A DNA stretch of 64,000 bases from Leptogorgia sarmentosa (GCA_964658305.1 OZ210885.1:23746001-23810000); one strand, 5' to 3'; positions 38,417 to 51,213 are shown, counted from the stretch's first letter. A program made the numbers and translations. Notes: generated by a model not told the origin, from the letters alone.

Positions 38417-39010
38417 CACTGAGCTAAAGAATTACTGGAGAGAGTGCACAGCATCAAAAAGTGAAGCCAAAATTATGACATGGATTCATTCAAATCCACA
38501 CCACTGGTTCCTAATTTTCATTGGAGCACCACTGACCACAACTAACTTTGAGACCACTAAAGATTTGTTTTGGCAAAAAATTTTGGTTTTTTGGATAGGA
38601 TTTTTCGGTTTTCTTCCTTTTTTGACATTCTGATATCATTTGCTGCCTTCAAGACGGCTGAAGAAGTAGCGACATCTATTCTAGTTAGTTAAAAATGAAG
38701 CGACACAGATATTCAGAGCTCAAAAATCTCATTTGAAATTCAATTTTCCTTTCTGGTTGAAAAAAACTGCTTTTTTATAAAGATTGTGAAACCGTTTCAG
38801 CCATGCAAAAATTCGGCCTTTTTGTGTTGATTTTTTCAATATAAAAACAAAATTTCGGGTTGAGAATGAGACCGCTGTTGGTCAGTGGAAATTATGTGAG
38901 AAATAGGAACCAGTGGCGTCAGCAACGGTAAAATCCGCCATGTTTTTGGCTTCACCCCTTTGTATGGAAAAAGTCGAGTGCACTCTCTCCAGTAATATTA
39001 TATCTCAGTG
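38417..39010. mobile_element. Non-autonomous DNA transposon (hAT- or P-type MITE)
   Basis: CACTGAG...CTCAGTG termini, imperfect inverted repeats extending over 100 bp, 8-bp TSD GGCTAAAT (38409-38416, 39011-39018). Confidence 0.85.
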
Positions 39011-39372
39011 GGCTAAATCCTGAAATTTCACATTGGTCGCCATCTTGAATTTGACCACGCAGGCGACTAGAACCAAGTCAATATCTCACCAGAAAACTTC
39101 CGTTGGAAGTACACTGCACTTACTGGTTCTAAAAACGCTTAAGTTTAAAATAGTCATGATTTGTGCTGTGTATGCAAATTATCTGTTTTTTCGCGTTTCT
39201 ACCACGCTATAAATCGAAGTTGTTTTATCCGACTGATTGAAGAACGTGCTAAGTTCTGCTTAACTCCTGGTTTAAGTATGATGTGGAAAAGCGAAACAAA
39301 GATAACCTCTAGTTTGGTTTTGCTTGTCTAATATATTTGATATCACCGCATAATACCTGAGTTTGTGTTGAG

Positions 39373-39449
39373 CTTCGTTGGTCCAGTGGTTTAGGTCTGG
39401 ATCGCCGTGAAACAATTCCCGGGTTCGAATCCAGAGCGACATTTTTTTT
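39373..39449 (+). pseudogene. tRNA-derived sequence (Pol III A box, B box and T-run); not an intact tRNA
   Basis: TGGTCCAGTGG (A box), GGTTCGAATCC (B box), then T8. No complete cloverleaf can be folded. Confidence 0.5.
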
Positions 39450-40090
39450 AATTTTGCCTATTTTTCTCTCTTCCCAACATTTTTGCTGTTAGGGTCAGAT
39501 TACTGTTTGGGTTTGGATCAGGGAAAAAAAAAGAGAAAAGACTTTATTTTTTGCTTAGAGTCGGAATTTAGAGTTGTCCGCACATAGCCCACATATTCAC
39601 GGAATGTTGCGTTCTTTACAGCCCACATTTTGATCAAACACATACGTAAATTACATGTAAGTATATTGCTATAATATACCTGGCATACTTCAGTATAATA
39701 ATAAAATATTTCGTTCTTTCAGAACGAGAACAAAAAAGGAATCAAGAATTTCACTTTCCTCTGATAAAAAATTAAATATATTGGTAATAAATATAAATAT
39801 AATAATAAATATATTGGCAGGGCCGCACTATGTTGCTCATATTGTATTTTTTTATGACAAATGTCAACAAATTCAAAATTCAAATTGTTGCCAATTTTGC
39901 ACGCCTTTCGTCGTATGGCAAACAAACTAATAGTGTCATTGCGTCTATATATAATAACAAGCATCAAAAATCAAACATCTCTAAAATCTTATCCACTCCA
40001 CATCCAATTTTTTCCCTACATCCCCCTACGCTAATTTTCCCTATTTCCTCTACAAAATGCCATATTCCCCTACTCCTAACTTATATTTTT

Positions 40091-40985
40091 GCCAAACAGT
40101 TTTTTCATTTTTGAATTAGTTGAACCCTCTTCTACCGAACAATATAATATCAATGCCGAGAATTAAAGCCCAAACTTTTCGAAAAATGTATAATATGAAA
40201 AGTACATTCTCCCGCAGTGAGAAAATGAAAATTGAATTTGTGAAATATGTATAAAAGTACATATTTCCAAGTGAAAAAAAATGCAAGTTCAATTAGTGGG
40301 TCGGTCGCTGGCCAAAAAGTTTTTTTCATTTTTGAATTAGATAAACCCTTTTCTACCCAAAAATATAATATCAATGCCGAGAATTAAAGCGCAACTTTTC
40401 GAAAAATGTATATGAAAAGTACATTCTCCTGTGAGAAAATGAAAATTGAATTCGTGAAATATGTATAAAAGTACATATTTCCGAACGGAAAATAATACAA
40501 GGTATATTACGTGTACCACCGGTATATTATGTGTAAATCGATTCAAACTCGTTCGAAACTTCGCCCTGGCCAAACAGTTTTTTCATTTTTGAATTAGTTA
40601 AACCCCCTTCTACCCAAAAATATAATATCAATGCCGAGAATTAAAGCACAACTTTTCGAAAAATGTATATGAAAAGTACATTCTCCAGTGAGAAAATTGA
40701 AATTGAAAGTTCAATTGGTGAGTCGGTTTCATTCAATTCAAACTCGTTCAAAACTTCGCCCTGGCCAAACAGTTTTTTCATTTTTGAATTAGTTAAACCC
40801 CCTTCTACCCAAAAATATAATATCAATGCCGAGAATTAAAGTGCAACGTTTTGAAAAATGTATATGAAAAGTGCATTCTCCTGTGAGAAAATGAAAATTG
40901 AATTTGTGAAATATGTATAAAAGTACACATTTCCAAGCGAAAAATAATACAAGGTATATTACGTGTACCACCGGTATATTACGTG
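40091..40985. repeat. Tandem array of four ~200-260 bp units with variable sub-blocks
   Basis: GCCAAACAGTTTTTTCATTTTTGAATTAG...TATAATATCAATGCCGAGAATTAAAG recurs at about 40091, 40311, 40569 and 40764. Confidence 0.9.
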
Positions 40986-41958
40986 CACACCCTAAATTTA
41001 CTGGTACCGTCATGCAATGCGGCAATAGAAAATTTTGATTTTGATCCACATGATAAAATTAGGATCTGCTGCCTTGCTCGCTCGTTTCAGGCTCGCTCGC
41101 TGCGGCAGCAATTAATATAATATAATTCATATATTATTTTGAAGTAACAAGTCGAAAGCTTGATAGAATTAATACAATTAATCGACATATAGACATTCTT
41201 ACAATCTACTTACAACTCAAGACAAAACATAGAAACTCCGATAATGACGTTAATAGTATTACCAAGTACATCTGGCGGCGGAAGTAATTAGTATGCAAAA
41301 TGTTAGCGGCGGAAGTAATTAGTATGCTAGCAGATAGGGAGTAATTAGTATGCAGAAAGATAGGGAGCTATTAGTATGCAAGGAATTAGTATTCAAAAAG
41401 GAGTTGGAGAAACATAGTGTATTTTAATGAGGCGGCATGTATAATAGGGTTTTTGCTGTAAACATATGAAATTTTTAGCATTGAAAATTAAAATGCAAAA
41501 ACATAGGTTAAAAGGTACACATTTTTATTTGAACAGTAATGAAAATTATATGGTTTTTAGTTTACAGATACATGTTAGGCTCATCATCCAAGCCACTCTT
41601 TGTATCAAATTCGTCTTCATTTCCTCAAAAGCTGTTTTATACTTTTGCATTGCTTCTTCTACCATTGGCATCCAAGGATCATTTTCTTCCTCCTCAGTTT
41701 TGTCGTCTGTTGTCATCGGACTTTCAGAACCATGAGTTGAAGCAGTTGACCAATCGCCTTCCGATTCCATTATCAGACTTTCTGTTTCTGACATTTCACT
41801 CTTGATCCTTTACTGGACGTACATATGTTTTCGTGCCGACGTAGATTAAAACCTCGATTAAATGTTTTCCCGCAGAATTGGCAGCTCATTCTGCTAGCAA
41901 GGACTGTGTAAAAATGCCTTGTCATTGAGCATTACCGCACTTTTATTTGAGCATATGC

Positions 41959-44522
41959 TTATGAGCCTATATGCTTATAGAATTCCTTTCCCGTGACTTC
42001 TGCTGACGCCAGCTCGATTATTTTCTGTTCGAGTTGATCCTGGATTATGTCGTCATAACGTTGGTAAGTTCCGTTTCTCTCGAGTCGTTTAACCAAGTTG
42101 TTCAGCCTTCGTCGACTTCCCGTCTTGTTGGTTGGTAAATCCGGATGGTTTGTCTTCCAGGGAAGGTTTGTTTCATACCAACCCGCTTGGTCTCGCACGA
42201 GGTTTTCTTTCATTTTCCGAGGAGTCTGCAAGTCCTAAGACATCTAGTCAGCACAGATTCTCGAAATCCGCCTGCGATGTTTGGGTCAGCAGCATGGTAT
42301 TCTTGTCAAACTCGACTCCAGGACTCATAATAAACCATCCGAGTTTCGTTTTTTCCGCTATGGGCTCACAATCGTTTCCAACGAGAGGCTTCGTGCTGGT
42401 CTTTATTCGAGCGTACTCGCTGTTTCCGAGTACTAGATGTATTGGTAATTGTGGCTTCGTATCATCATCGTCCATCTTAACCGATTCCAGATGTTGATAT
42501 TGTTCTATTAATCTTTGATAGTCCGGGTTATTAATTGATAGCAATTCGGTTTTGTCAACTTTGGTCAAGTTCACTTTCATTTCGTACTTCCCGTCGATTG
42601 AGCTAATTTTTGTGTGATAAAATTCCATTCTCGCAGTCTGGGTGGTCATTAGCATATTTATGCGTTGGCGTTTAATCTCGCGTGGTTTTATCTTTAACGC
42701 GTCAATCAGCGTAAGAGCTCCCGGCGCCGGAGTCAATCAAAGCTCGACACATGTCATTAACTTTTACTGTCACGACAGGAAATATTCCCTTTCCACTCCA
42801 TCCGTCATCAACTTCTTATGGTTAGGATGCTCTTCGGTCTTGTCATTCTTTTGGTCGCAAATCGAAGTGTGATGACGTTTGTTGCAGTTGCCGCAGGCAG
42901 ATTTGCTGGTACATTCGAGGCGCGGTGCGTTTTCGTCGCGCAGTTGAAGCATAAACCCTTCTTTGCCAAAATTCCCTTTCGCACGCTTAGTTCCGTAATT
43001 TTTTCACACTGGGTTGCTTTGTGCCCAAGGTCCCCACAGTAGACACAGCCCCGGGGTCGGAATCCTTCATTGCGGGCATGAAGGAGTCTCCTTCGATTGC
43101 TCTCTTCCCGTTCTCTATCGACACTAGCGACGGGGTTTCTTTTTACCCATTGTTTTATGGCTTCGACTAATTTACCAAAATCCCATGATTCCCATTCAGG
43201 GTCGGTTCGGACCAAATCCCCACGAATTCCCGATAGTTTATCTAGAGTCATCGACACATTCCCGCTAATCTGATTTAGTTTTCCCATCGTCTCGAGGGCT
43301 TGAACAGAGTGCGTTAGTTTCTCACGAAATTCTGCGATCTTACGTGGGTTAGTACCCGTAATATGAGGCACATCTAAAATCTCCTTCACGTAGCATTTTA
43401 TGATCTCCGATTCCTTGCCGTACTTGTCTTCGAGAATGGCTTTTGCCCGGTTGTACCCCTCGGGGGTGAAGGGAAGGGCTTCAATGCAACGTTTTATTTT
43501 CGGTTCAAGCAACTCTAACAGATAGTTAAACTTGGTTATTGGTGCGATGGAGCTTTTGTCTATCGCTTCGCAAAATTGGCCCCAGAACTTGGGCCAATTC
43601 ATGTAAGACCCTTCGAATTTTGATATAGCGAGTTTTGGCAATTTAGCATTTTGCGCGGTAAATCCTTCGCATTCCTGAGTTTCCGGTTTGGTTTTTGACT
43701 GCTTCGCAAGTTCAGCTTGCATTTCTAACTTTTTCTCATGCAACTTTAACTCTTACTTAAACTGCTCCTCCTGCGTTACAAACTTTTCTGCTCGTTCCGC
43801 GTCGACGAGCCATTTTTCAAGTTGCATCATAACCTCGTCAGCTTTGTCAAATTGTTGGTCAATTTCGTCACTCCATTCGTTAATTTTCGAAAGTTCTTCC
43901 TTCTCAGTTATTTTTGCTGCTTCGACAGTGTATTTGCACTCGTTCGTTTCTTTTGCAGTAGTTTGTAACGCCTCAAGGTGCCGCTTAATAGCTACTCGCT
44001 TACCTGAGTCAAGAATGGCTTGTGCTCTTTCGACTCCAAAGCTTAGCTGCGTTAACTTCGTCTCCAGGTCCGTCATCTCTTTCTCCATACTCGTACAAGT
44101 GTTCACGTTAATGTTCTTTGAATAAACTGGCGGTACAGTTATCCCGTTCAGGAGGTGCCACTATGTCGAAAATGTTCCCTCCGTCGAACTGTAATTCTCG
44201 ACACAATCACGCTTTTTGGTATATAGGTTTTATTTAAAATAACCACCAACAAAAACTAAAGTATTAAGATGTTAAATTCTCCCAAATCACGATACACGAT
44301 CAAATTAGCGCACGGGCTATACAAATCACTCTGTCTCACACTAGGGTTCACTTCGCACTCTCTCATTCACTCTCACAATCCAACTGACTCGCTTCTCTCT
44401 TTTCGTGACTATTTCACTCGCACCCTCACTCTCTAGCTGTCACTCACTCTGTCATGCACTAATTATTGGCTTATATGAAAAAATGTTATAAAATTGGATT
44501 ATTTGTTCTGTCAGTCCCGACA
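41959..44522 (-). mobile_element. BEL/Pao retrotransposon 5' half: LTR (44164-44522), PBS, gag, protease region
   Basis: 359-bp TGTCG...CGACA LTR; PBS-like TGGCACCTCCTGAACGGGAT; KLPKLAISKFEG...W.KFW.QF, CVYC....H....C, CFNC, PIAEKTKLGW, YETNLPWK. Confidence 0.9.
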
Positions 44523-46620
44523 GCACGTTCTTGATAATCTCGGTCCCCTGAGCCACGAACTGTTTTCGAGCTCATTCGCTTTTACCGATCCTGTTGCACA
44601 GTTGGTTGGGTATAGGTGGGTCGGAACGTAGCGCCACTGTTCTGGGGACGAGGACTTCCTTATCTACTCCACACGATTGGTTACGTAGGTGTAGAATCGA
44701 TATGTTTCGTTCGCGATGTAACTCAGAACTACTTTACTGTCCGAGTAGTATGTTACAGAACAAGGTTTGACACCATTCTTCCCATGCAGGTTTGTATTCA
44801 TCTTGAAGAGGTTGGTCCCAATTTTTGAAATGACAGTTCTTTCAGTCTGTTGACATCACTCTGAAGAGCATTTTTCCTTTGACCACCGGGGATGCAATAC
44901 CTAGCGGGTCGAAAAGGCTGTTGATGACTGATAGAACACCCCGTTTCGTAAATGGTTTGTTTTCGTCAGATACCTTGAAAGAGAATATGTGTCTGTCTCG
45001 AGATTCCAGTACACGCCTAACAAGCGTTGGGTGGGTTTGGTGACCTTGCTCAGGTCTGTGCTTCCTGGTAACGATTTTAGACCATTGTCGACGTAAAAAT
45101 CTTGTTCGACGAATTCTCTGCCGTCGGATCCGAAACGAGCTTCTTCTACTTGCGCTGTTTACCTCATGCCGCGACTGTGTACTGTACCTACTACGCTACT
45201 GCCGACACCCCCCGGTTAAGATATAAAAGAAAGGGGCACGGCTCGAGAGACAAGCAGCTTATCACGAACATGGCGAAGTGCGAGAAGCGATTGAGAAGTG
45301 TCTGTTTTATTTTATTTATCGTAACTGTAATATTTCAATGTTGATATTAAAACCATTTTTTTTATATAACTTTGTATGCCATTAATATCAGTGGTTCGGT
45401 ATAACTGCTGGCGACAGATGTGTTTCCCAAGAGATGCACTTTCATTCAGTACTCTATCATGGTTCTGTTCGGGTGGTTGTCTTTGTACCATAGAAATCTT
45501 AAGAAATCATGGTGTTCCTCTTTCACGCCGTCGTCGTTTATCTCCCGCAGTCAAAGACCATGCGGTTTCTGGGGATGATACACCCCAAAGTGAGGGAAGT
45601 ACCAACAGGGCTTTGGTGAATCCAACTCACCGACCGGGACGGGCTCCGCATGTTGATTGTCGAATAACTTTTCATAAAGGCGAAGTAATGCTCCTTCATC
45701 TCGGGTTTACGTTCAAGTGTCTTTCTTGTTGATTTCAGACGTTGAGGGCTTCGCCACGGCTCTCCGAGAGATGTGTCACTCAGCCGCGGAATGGGAGGGG
45801 AACTACCCAGCTTCCTGATTTGTTCTTCTCCATGCTCGTGTCCATGATCTCAATAAATTTTCGGTCTTCAACGGATAACCCTGGCACGTTGTCGAGCTTG
45901 GGACGTTCGAACACATTACTGGCAAGTCCATCCTCAATTGTTCCTTGTGAGAACGATTCTCTCCTTGGTTCTGTTGGTCGGTGGACATGGAATGCATTTG
46001 AGCAAGGCTCAAGGAAGGACGGCCGCCCGTTCTGGAGTAGGTTGGTTTTGCAGGAGGTAAGATCTTTGGGTTTGTGAGCTCCACCTAAGCACATATTACC
46101 CAGTATAACCCAGCCAAGCTCTAACCGCTGAGCCCAGGGCGAGTTTCCTTTCCCGTTCCTTGACTCTCGAACCTTATGTAGAGGCTGTACATCTCTTCCA
46201 ACTACCAGAAGGATTTCAGCATCGCTTTGGTACTCGGGTATCTGGTCTGCAATGGGACGAAGGTGTGGAAAGGCCTTGGCTACGTCGGGTGTGGGAATCT
46301 CATCCTTGTTGTCTGGTATCTCGTTGCACTCCATTACAGTGGGAAGCAGGTGTCGTTTATGCCCACGTAGGATCTCAAGTACGAGTCCACTTGCATGTCT
46401 TCCCTCAGTTTGTGTAGTTCCTGCGCACGTTCGCTAGGTATACGGGAACCTTTCCCCGGCAATATTGAGCATATCGTGCTGTTCCTGATTAGTCTTTCCA
46501 TCTCTGGTTTGTTGACCTTCGTTCGTCTGCTCCCCGCCGTTGGCTCGAGGCAAGATTTCATCAAATTTGGATCTGACTTTGATGTTGAATGACCATCAGG
46601 GGGTGAGGTGTGGGTACATG
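44523..46620 (-). mobile_element. Fragmented BEL/Pao pol remnant, a separate family from the adjacent element
   Basis: EIPTPDVAKAFPHL..IA..IP, PWAQRLELGW, GLSVEDRKF, WVVPLPF, RGVLSVINSLFDPLG; many deletions. Confidence 0.75.
45119..45416 (+). mobile_element. Probable solo LTR inserted in the BEL remnant
   Basis: TG...CA ends with a weak inverted repeat (TGCCGTC / TGGCGACA), a TATA-like TATAAAA near 45222 and ATTAAA near 45346. It interrupts RT coding sequence. No TSD seen. Confidence 0.5.
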
Positions 46621-46919
46621 TTGAGCTGGGCTTGTGTGTTCGGGCTGGGGGCTTTCATATTTGTTGCTTTCCCAGAATAAGCATATAGTTCAGTTGTTGC
46701 TTGTCCAGTGTTGGGATAGAGTTCAGTTGTTGCTTGTCAAGTGCAACATAACGTTCAGTTGTTGTAAAAAACGTGTTATGACATTGTGACGAGAGAGAAA
46801 GTTATTTCAATATGGGGCGCCAAATTGGCAGTAGCTACTTGCTAACAGTTAACTTTCTACTATCGAACAAAATTCGGTGTTAGAATTGCTAATAATAACA
46901 GCTGTCACCTAACATTATC

Positions 46920-47141
46920 AGGGAACTTTAGATTCGCGACGGCTATGAAATCTACTAAGGCTACGCGAATGTTTTCTTCGAATATTTGCAATACGAATCA
47001 TCTTTTATTTTATATTCTACATCTTTTTAAATAAGGTTCATTTGAATCATGCACAGTATTAATTAATTTTTACTAGTTAGTGGGAAAATATCATGTCATA
47101 ACCGTACTAGATTTCGTAGCTATCGCAAATCTAAAGCTCTA
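46920..47141. mobile_element. Old small MITE, possibly Harbinger-type
   Basis: Imperfect ~40-bp inverted ends CTTTAGATTCGCGACGGCTATGAAATCTA / TAGATTTCGTAGCTATCGCAAATCTAAAG. Confidence 0.55.
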
Positions 47142-47398
47142 TATTAATTAAATTTTGCATGTATACATATTCAGTTCTAGATCCGATGCACCCATAAAAC
47201 GCAGCACAAGGCATGCCGGTGTACTATGGCAGCTCTAGGCCATGTGGGAATGTGAATTTAATTTGGAATATATTTATTTTATTTTAGGTTAAGTTTAGTT
47301 TACTTTTAATAATTTTTATTCATTATTTATCTTACAATAAAATGGGGAAAAAAAGCATACTATTTTCTCTGCGTTATAGTATCCCTGCGTTATGTGTA

Positions 47399-48979
47399 CA
47401 GTGCGACCCACGGTATTAGTTTGGTATGATATTAGTACATTGAGCAATTACATACGAGGAGGATTAAACATAATAAAGGTGAATTTTTTTTTGGTTCATG
47501 ATAGAAACAATATTGCAATGATTACATTTCATGCTAGTCACGTGACAACAAAATCCAGGTGCTCCTCCATTAAAAAGGTGCTCCTCCATTAAAAAGGTGG
47601 TCCACGCTATTAGTTTCATAAATTGCCGAGCAATATGGGAAGTAGAAAAGACCTAACCTTAGCCAAGAAAGCCATTATTATGAAAGAAATAGCAATAACC
47701 AACACTACAAAAGCACTTTTTGAAAGATTTGATGGTCATGTTGTGACAATGACAAGATTTTTGCAAAATCCATTCTTCCAGTGGAAATTTCATTCTGATC
47801 GTAACTATTAAAGCCAATTTTAAAGCAGGATACGAGTTGAGCAACGAGTAAGTTGCGTAAAATGCCTCCAGCAGCTGGTCCAACAGAAAGCTGGTCTCCT
47901 CGATGTTGCAAAAACCACTCGCAATCGTGCACCTGCCAAGACGGGTTCCATCTAGATGATATAAACATGACGCTTTATTATCCACCACAAGTTCTCAATT
48001 GGGTTCAAATTTGGCGAGTTTAGTTGCCAAACCATTACGATTTTGTTCACAAAACCAAACGACTGAAGGGATTCCGTTGTTGCCTTTGCTGCATATGACA
48101 TGCGTTAAAGTAATCTTCTTCAATGTTGCTAAAGGAAGTTTATCCAACCGTGACTCAAGGGATTTCTTCAGGTAAGGGCAATACGTAGCAGAAGACAATT
48201 TCTGACCTTCAGGGATCATCTACGATGATTCCATTCCTGTTCATAATCCTCCAACACCATGTTGGCGTCTCATCCCCTTAGGGCATTCCTCATCGCATCC
48301 TTTACTCCAGTCATCTGGACCATCCAGTGTCGGTCTTGATTCGTCAGTGAAAAGAACAAACATTGTGTTCATCCTCATGTATTTTCTCGCCCATTCCATC
48401 CTCAAATGATCGTGTCTAGCAGTGAAAGGTCAACATTTCTTAATTTACTCCATGGAGCCTGTCTTTGCAGTCCACGATTGCGAAGATCGATCGGACCAGC
48501 TTTCTGGGCAAATTCTCCACTAGCTGCTGGAGGCATTTTACGCAACTTACTGGTTATCCAGCTCCTATCCCGCATTGACACTGGTTTTATTCGGCGCGAT
48601 TACCATGAAGTTTCCTATTGAAACATGGATTTTGCAAAAATGTTGTCACTGTCACAACATGACGATTAATATCTTTCAAAAATTGCTTTTGTTGTGTTGC
48701 CCATTGCTATCTCTTTTATAGTAATGGCTTTCTTGGCTCAGGTTAGGTCTTTTCTACTTCCCATATTGCTCAGCAATTTATGAAACTAATAGCATGGACC
48801 ACCTTTTTAATGGAGAAACACCTGGATTTTGTTGTCACGTGACTAGCATGAAATGTAATCATTGCAATATTGTTTCTACCATGAACCAAACAAAATTCAC
48901 TTTTATTATGTTTAATCCTCCAAACATGTAATCTACAATGCACTAATATTGTACCAAACTAATACCGTGGGTCGCACTG
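47399..48979 (-). mobile_element. Tc1/mariner element resembling TRT (DD37E), degenerate, with ~480-bp inverted repeats
   Basis: CAGTGCGACCCACGGTATTAGTTTGGTA termini with TA TSD. Minus-strand remnants LFTDESRPTLDGPDDW and WPPNSP.LNPIENLW-like sequence. Confidence 0.85.
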
Positions 48980-49192
48980 TATACATGAACTGAATGTGGC
49001 ATGTGGGTCCGACAGGAGCACGAAATTTGTTGAAACCTTGCTCAAATAGTCGAATTAGTGGTACAATTGAAGCACTGATCGTTTTCTACTATTTTTGCCA
49101 AGGTATTAAGTCGAATTGACATATATTTATAAAACAATATTCAAGGAAAAAGTTAGGGAATGGGAAAGCACAAGAAACAAAGAAGAGAGAAC

Positions 49193-49867
49193 CAGGGCCA
49201 GATTAACAATGGGGCCTGTGGCAGATGTTCAGCGTGGGGCCCCTCACACATATTTGTTGAATTATATTTGTCTGGGCTTATCACAGCATTACCACAATTT
49301 CAGGGGTGTAGGAACGGTTTGAAATTTGGGGGGCCCCGAGTCTCACGAGACGCCACCATAGTTGAGAATCAGTTAGAGCCTCTAGAAATCAGTGTTGTTT
49401 CACCGCGAAGGCCACAAAATACTTTTTAATATGTGAACAGTGAGTATTAAGTTCAAATGCGCCACGTAAAAGGGCCCCAAATTGACATGCAAACCAGGGG
49501 GCCCCAAATTGACAAGCAAACCAGGGGGCCCCAAATTGACTTGCAAACCAGGGGGCCCCAAATTGACACGCAAACCAGAGGGCCCCAAATTGACACGCAA
49601 ACCAGGGGTGCCCGAATTGACAAGCAAACCACGGGGGCCCAAGTTGATGTGCAAACGGAGGGCCCCAAATTAAATTGTCATGCGAAACACGGGGAATCGA
49701 CATACTTGGGGGGCAAATGTGTTCACGAAGAGCCCCAAATGTGAACCACAAACCACAATGGGGGTATCATTTTCCAAAAAAGGGCATGGCCGATCGAAGA
49801 GCGGGGCCCCTGTAAGCGCGGGGCCCGCAGCATATGCCGCATCTGCCACATGGTTAATCCGGGACTG
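49193..49867. mobile_element. hAT-type MITE carrying a minisatellite
   Basis: CAGGGCCAGATTAAC...GTTAATCCGGGACTG ends; 8-bp TSD GAGAGAAC (49185-49192, 49868-49875). Confidence 0.85.
49471..49672. repeat. 27-bp minisatellite, about 7.5 copies
   Basis: Unit GGGGCCCCAAATTGACAAGCAAACCAG with a 27-bp period. Confidence 0.95.
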
Positions 49868-50308
49868 GAGAGAACAGTGATGATCGAAATAGGTGAGTAT
49901 ATCATAAATATTTAGCACTGTCGTTGTCCTCATGTATCTTTAATATTAATTTATTATTCAGTTTTTGTAAACTAGTGTTCTGATTGGCCGATTTGTACCA
50001 CGTGACTTCATTTTACATAACAACAATGCACGGCCGTGCATTATAGCCGTGCGTAAACTTTTTATTGCACTGCAAGATGACTTCCAAGTGCGAGAAGTTT
50101 TTAGATTTGTCCACTGAGGATATAGAGGCAATAATTTCTGTTTTAATTATAAATTGTGATTATAAATGTTGTACTATAAAATTTATTTTTTGTAATAAAT
50201 ATGAATTGTGTGGCGTTTCTTTTTGCATATTTCTCTATGCATGTATATAACAATGTGAAATGCTTGTTCTTTTGTGGTTTACTCAAATTGAATATTAAAA
50301 CATTTAAA

Positions 50309-50470
50309 GCACTCTTTTTCGTGCATTATCGGCATTTTCAAGCACTCATTCGCGAACAAGAAACTCGAAATTTAACACTGCACTCGGCTGCGCCTCGTGC
50401 AGTGTTAAATTTCTTGTTTCTTGTTCACGAATTCGTGCTTGAAATGCCGATAATGCACTCAAAGAGTGCT
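50309..50470. repeat. ~160-bp imperfect palindrome with a CTCGGCTGCGCCTCG centre, Crypton-like terminal structure
   Basis: Arms GTGCATTATCGGCATTT..CAAGCAC..GAACAAGAAAC..GAAATTTAACACTGCAC and their reverse complement. Confidence 0.7.
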
Positions 50471-51213
50471 GTAATCCTCAAATATCCAGTAAAATATTAA
50501 TAATAACCGATCCTTGTTATTTTATTTATCTTTAACTCCTGAACGACCTGCCTCTCAAGGTCACAATTTGGCAAGTGTACTTCCGGTTTGAATATCTCTG
50601 TGAGCTTTTGAGCTTTTATACCACACAATACATCATTCGAAAGCCTATAATACAGGCTTTTGATTGGGAAACAAGCTTTTGATTGGGAATTGTTAATTTT
50701 GCTTGTTGTACTCCATGTCACCAAAATTGCAACATTCTGCATAAGTTATGCCAACAAATGTTGCAATTTTTTTAATTTTGCTTAGTAGCGCCAAAACAGT
50801 GCAAAAGTTCAACTTCATCAATATTATGAAAATTTTGCATAGTTATGAAGCATATGTGTGCCAAGTTTCATAGTAATTGGCTAAAAGGAAGTATGTTTTT
50901 TATTGTTTGAAATTCACCCTCCAAAAGTAGCAAAGTCTTGTCTAGTGTTACTGTTCCATGTGGATGGCTCTGGCTCCTACCACCCAAGCTCCTACCATTC
51001 CAGCTTGTGCCACCACAGTTCGTACCACCCTGCCTCCAAAGCATTGTTGCCCATCACAGCTCTGGCTCTTTCATCCCCTGCCTATCCACTCCTTCCTCTA
51101 CTACAAAGAGGACAACTAGGACAGTAAGCTGCCTTACTAGGGATAAGGGGATTGACCCCTTTCACCAGTGTGCTCTCCAGAACTATACCCTCTGAAATTT
51201 GAACCCTTGTTGT

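Noticed and set aside
39373..39449. Functional tRNA gene
   Set aside because: No proper acceptor or anticodon stems can be formed.
49471..49672. CRISPR-like array or repeat-protein ORFs
   Set aside because: Units are contiguous with no unique spacers, the context is eukaryotic, and the ORFs in all frames result from the 27-bp period.
50940..51130. Pro-rich host exon
   Set aside because: Low-complexity sequence with no supportable splice structure or family motif.
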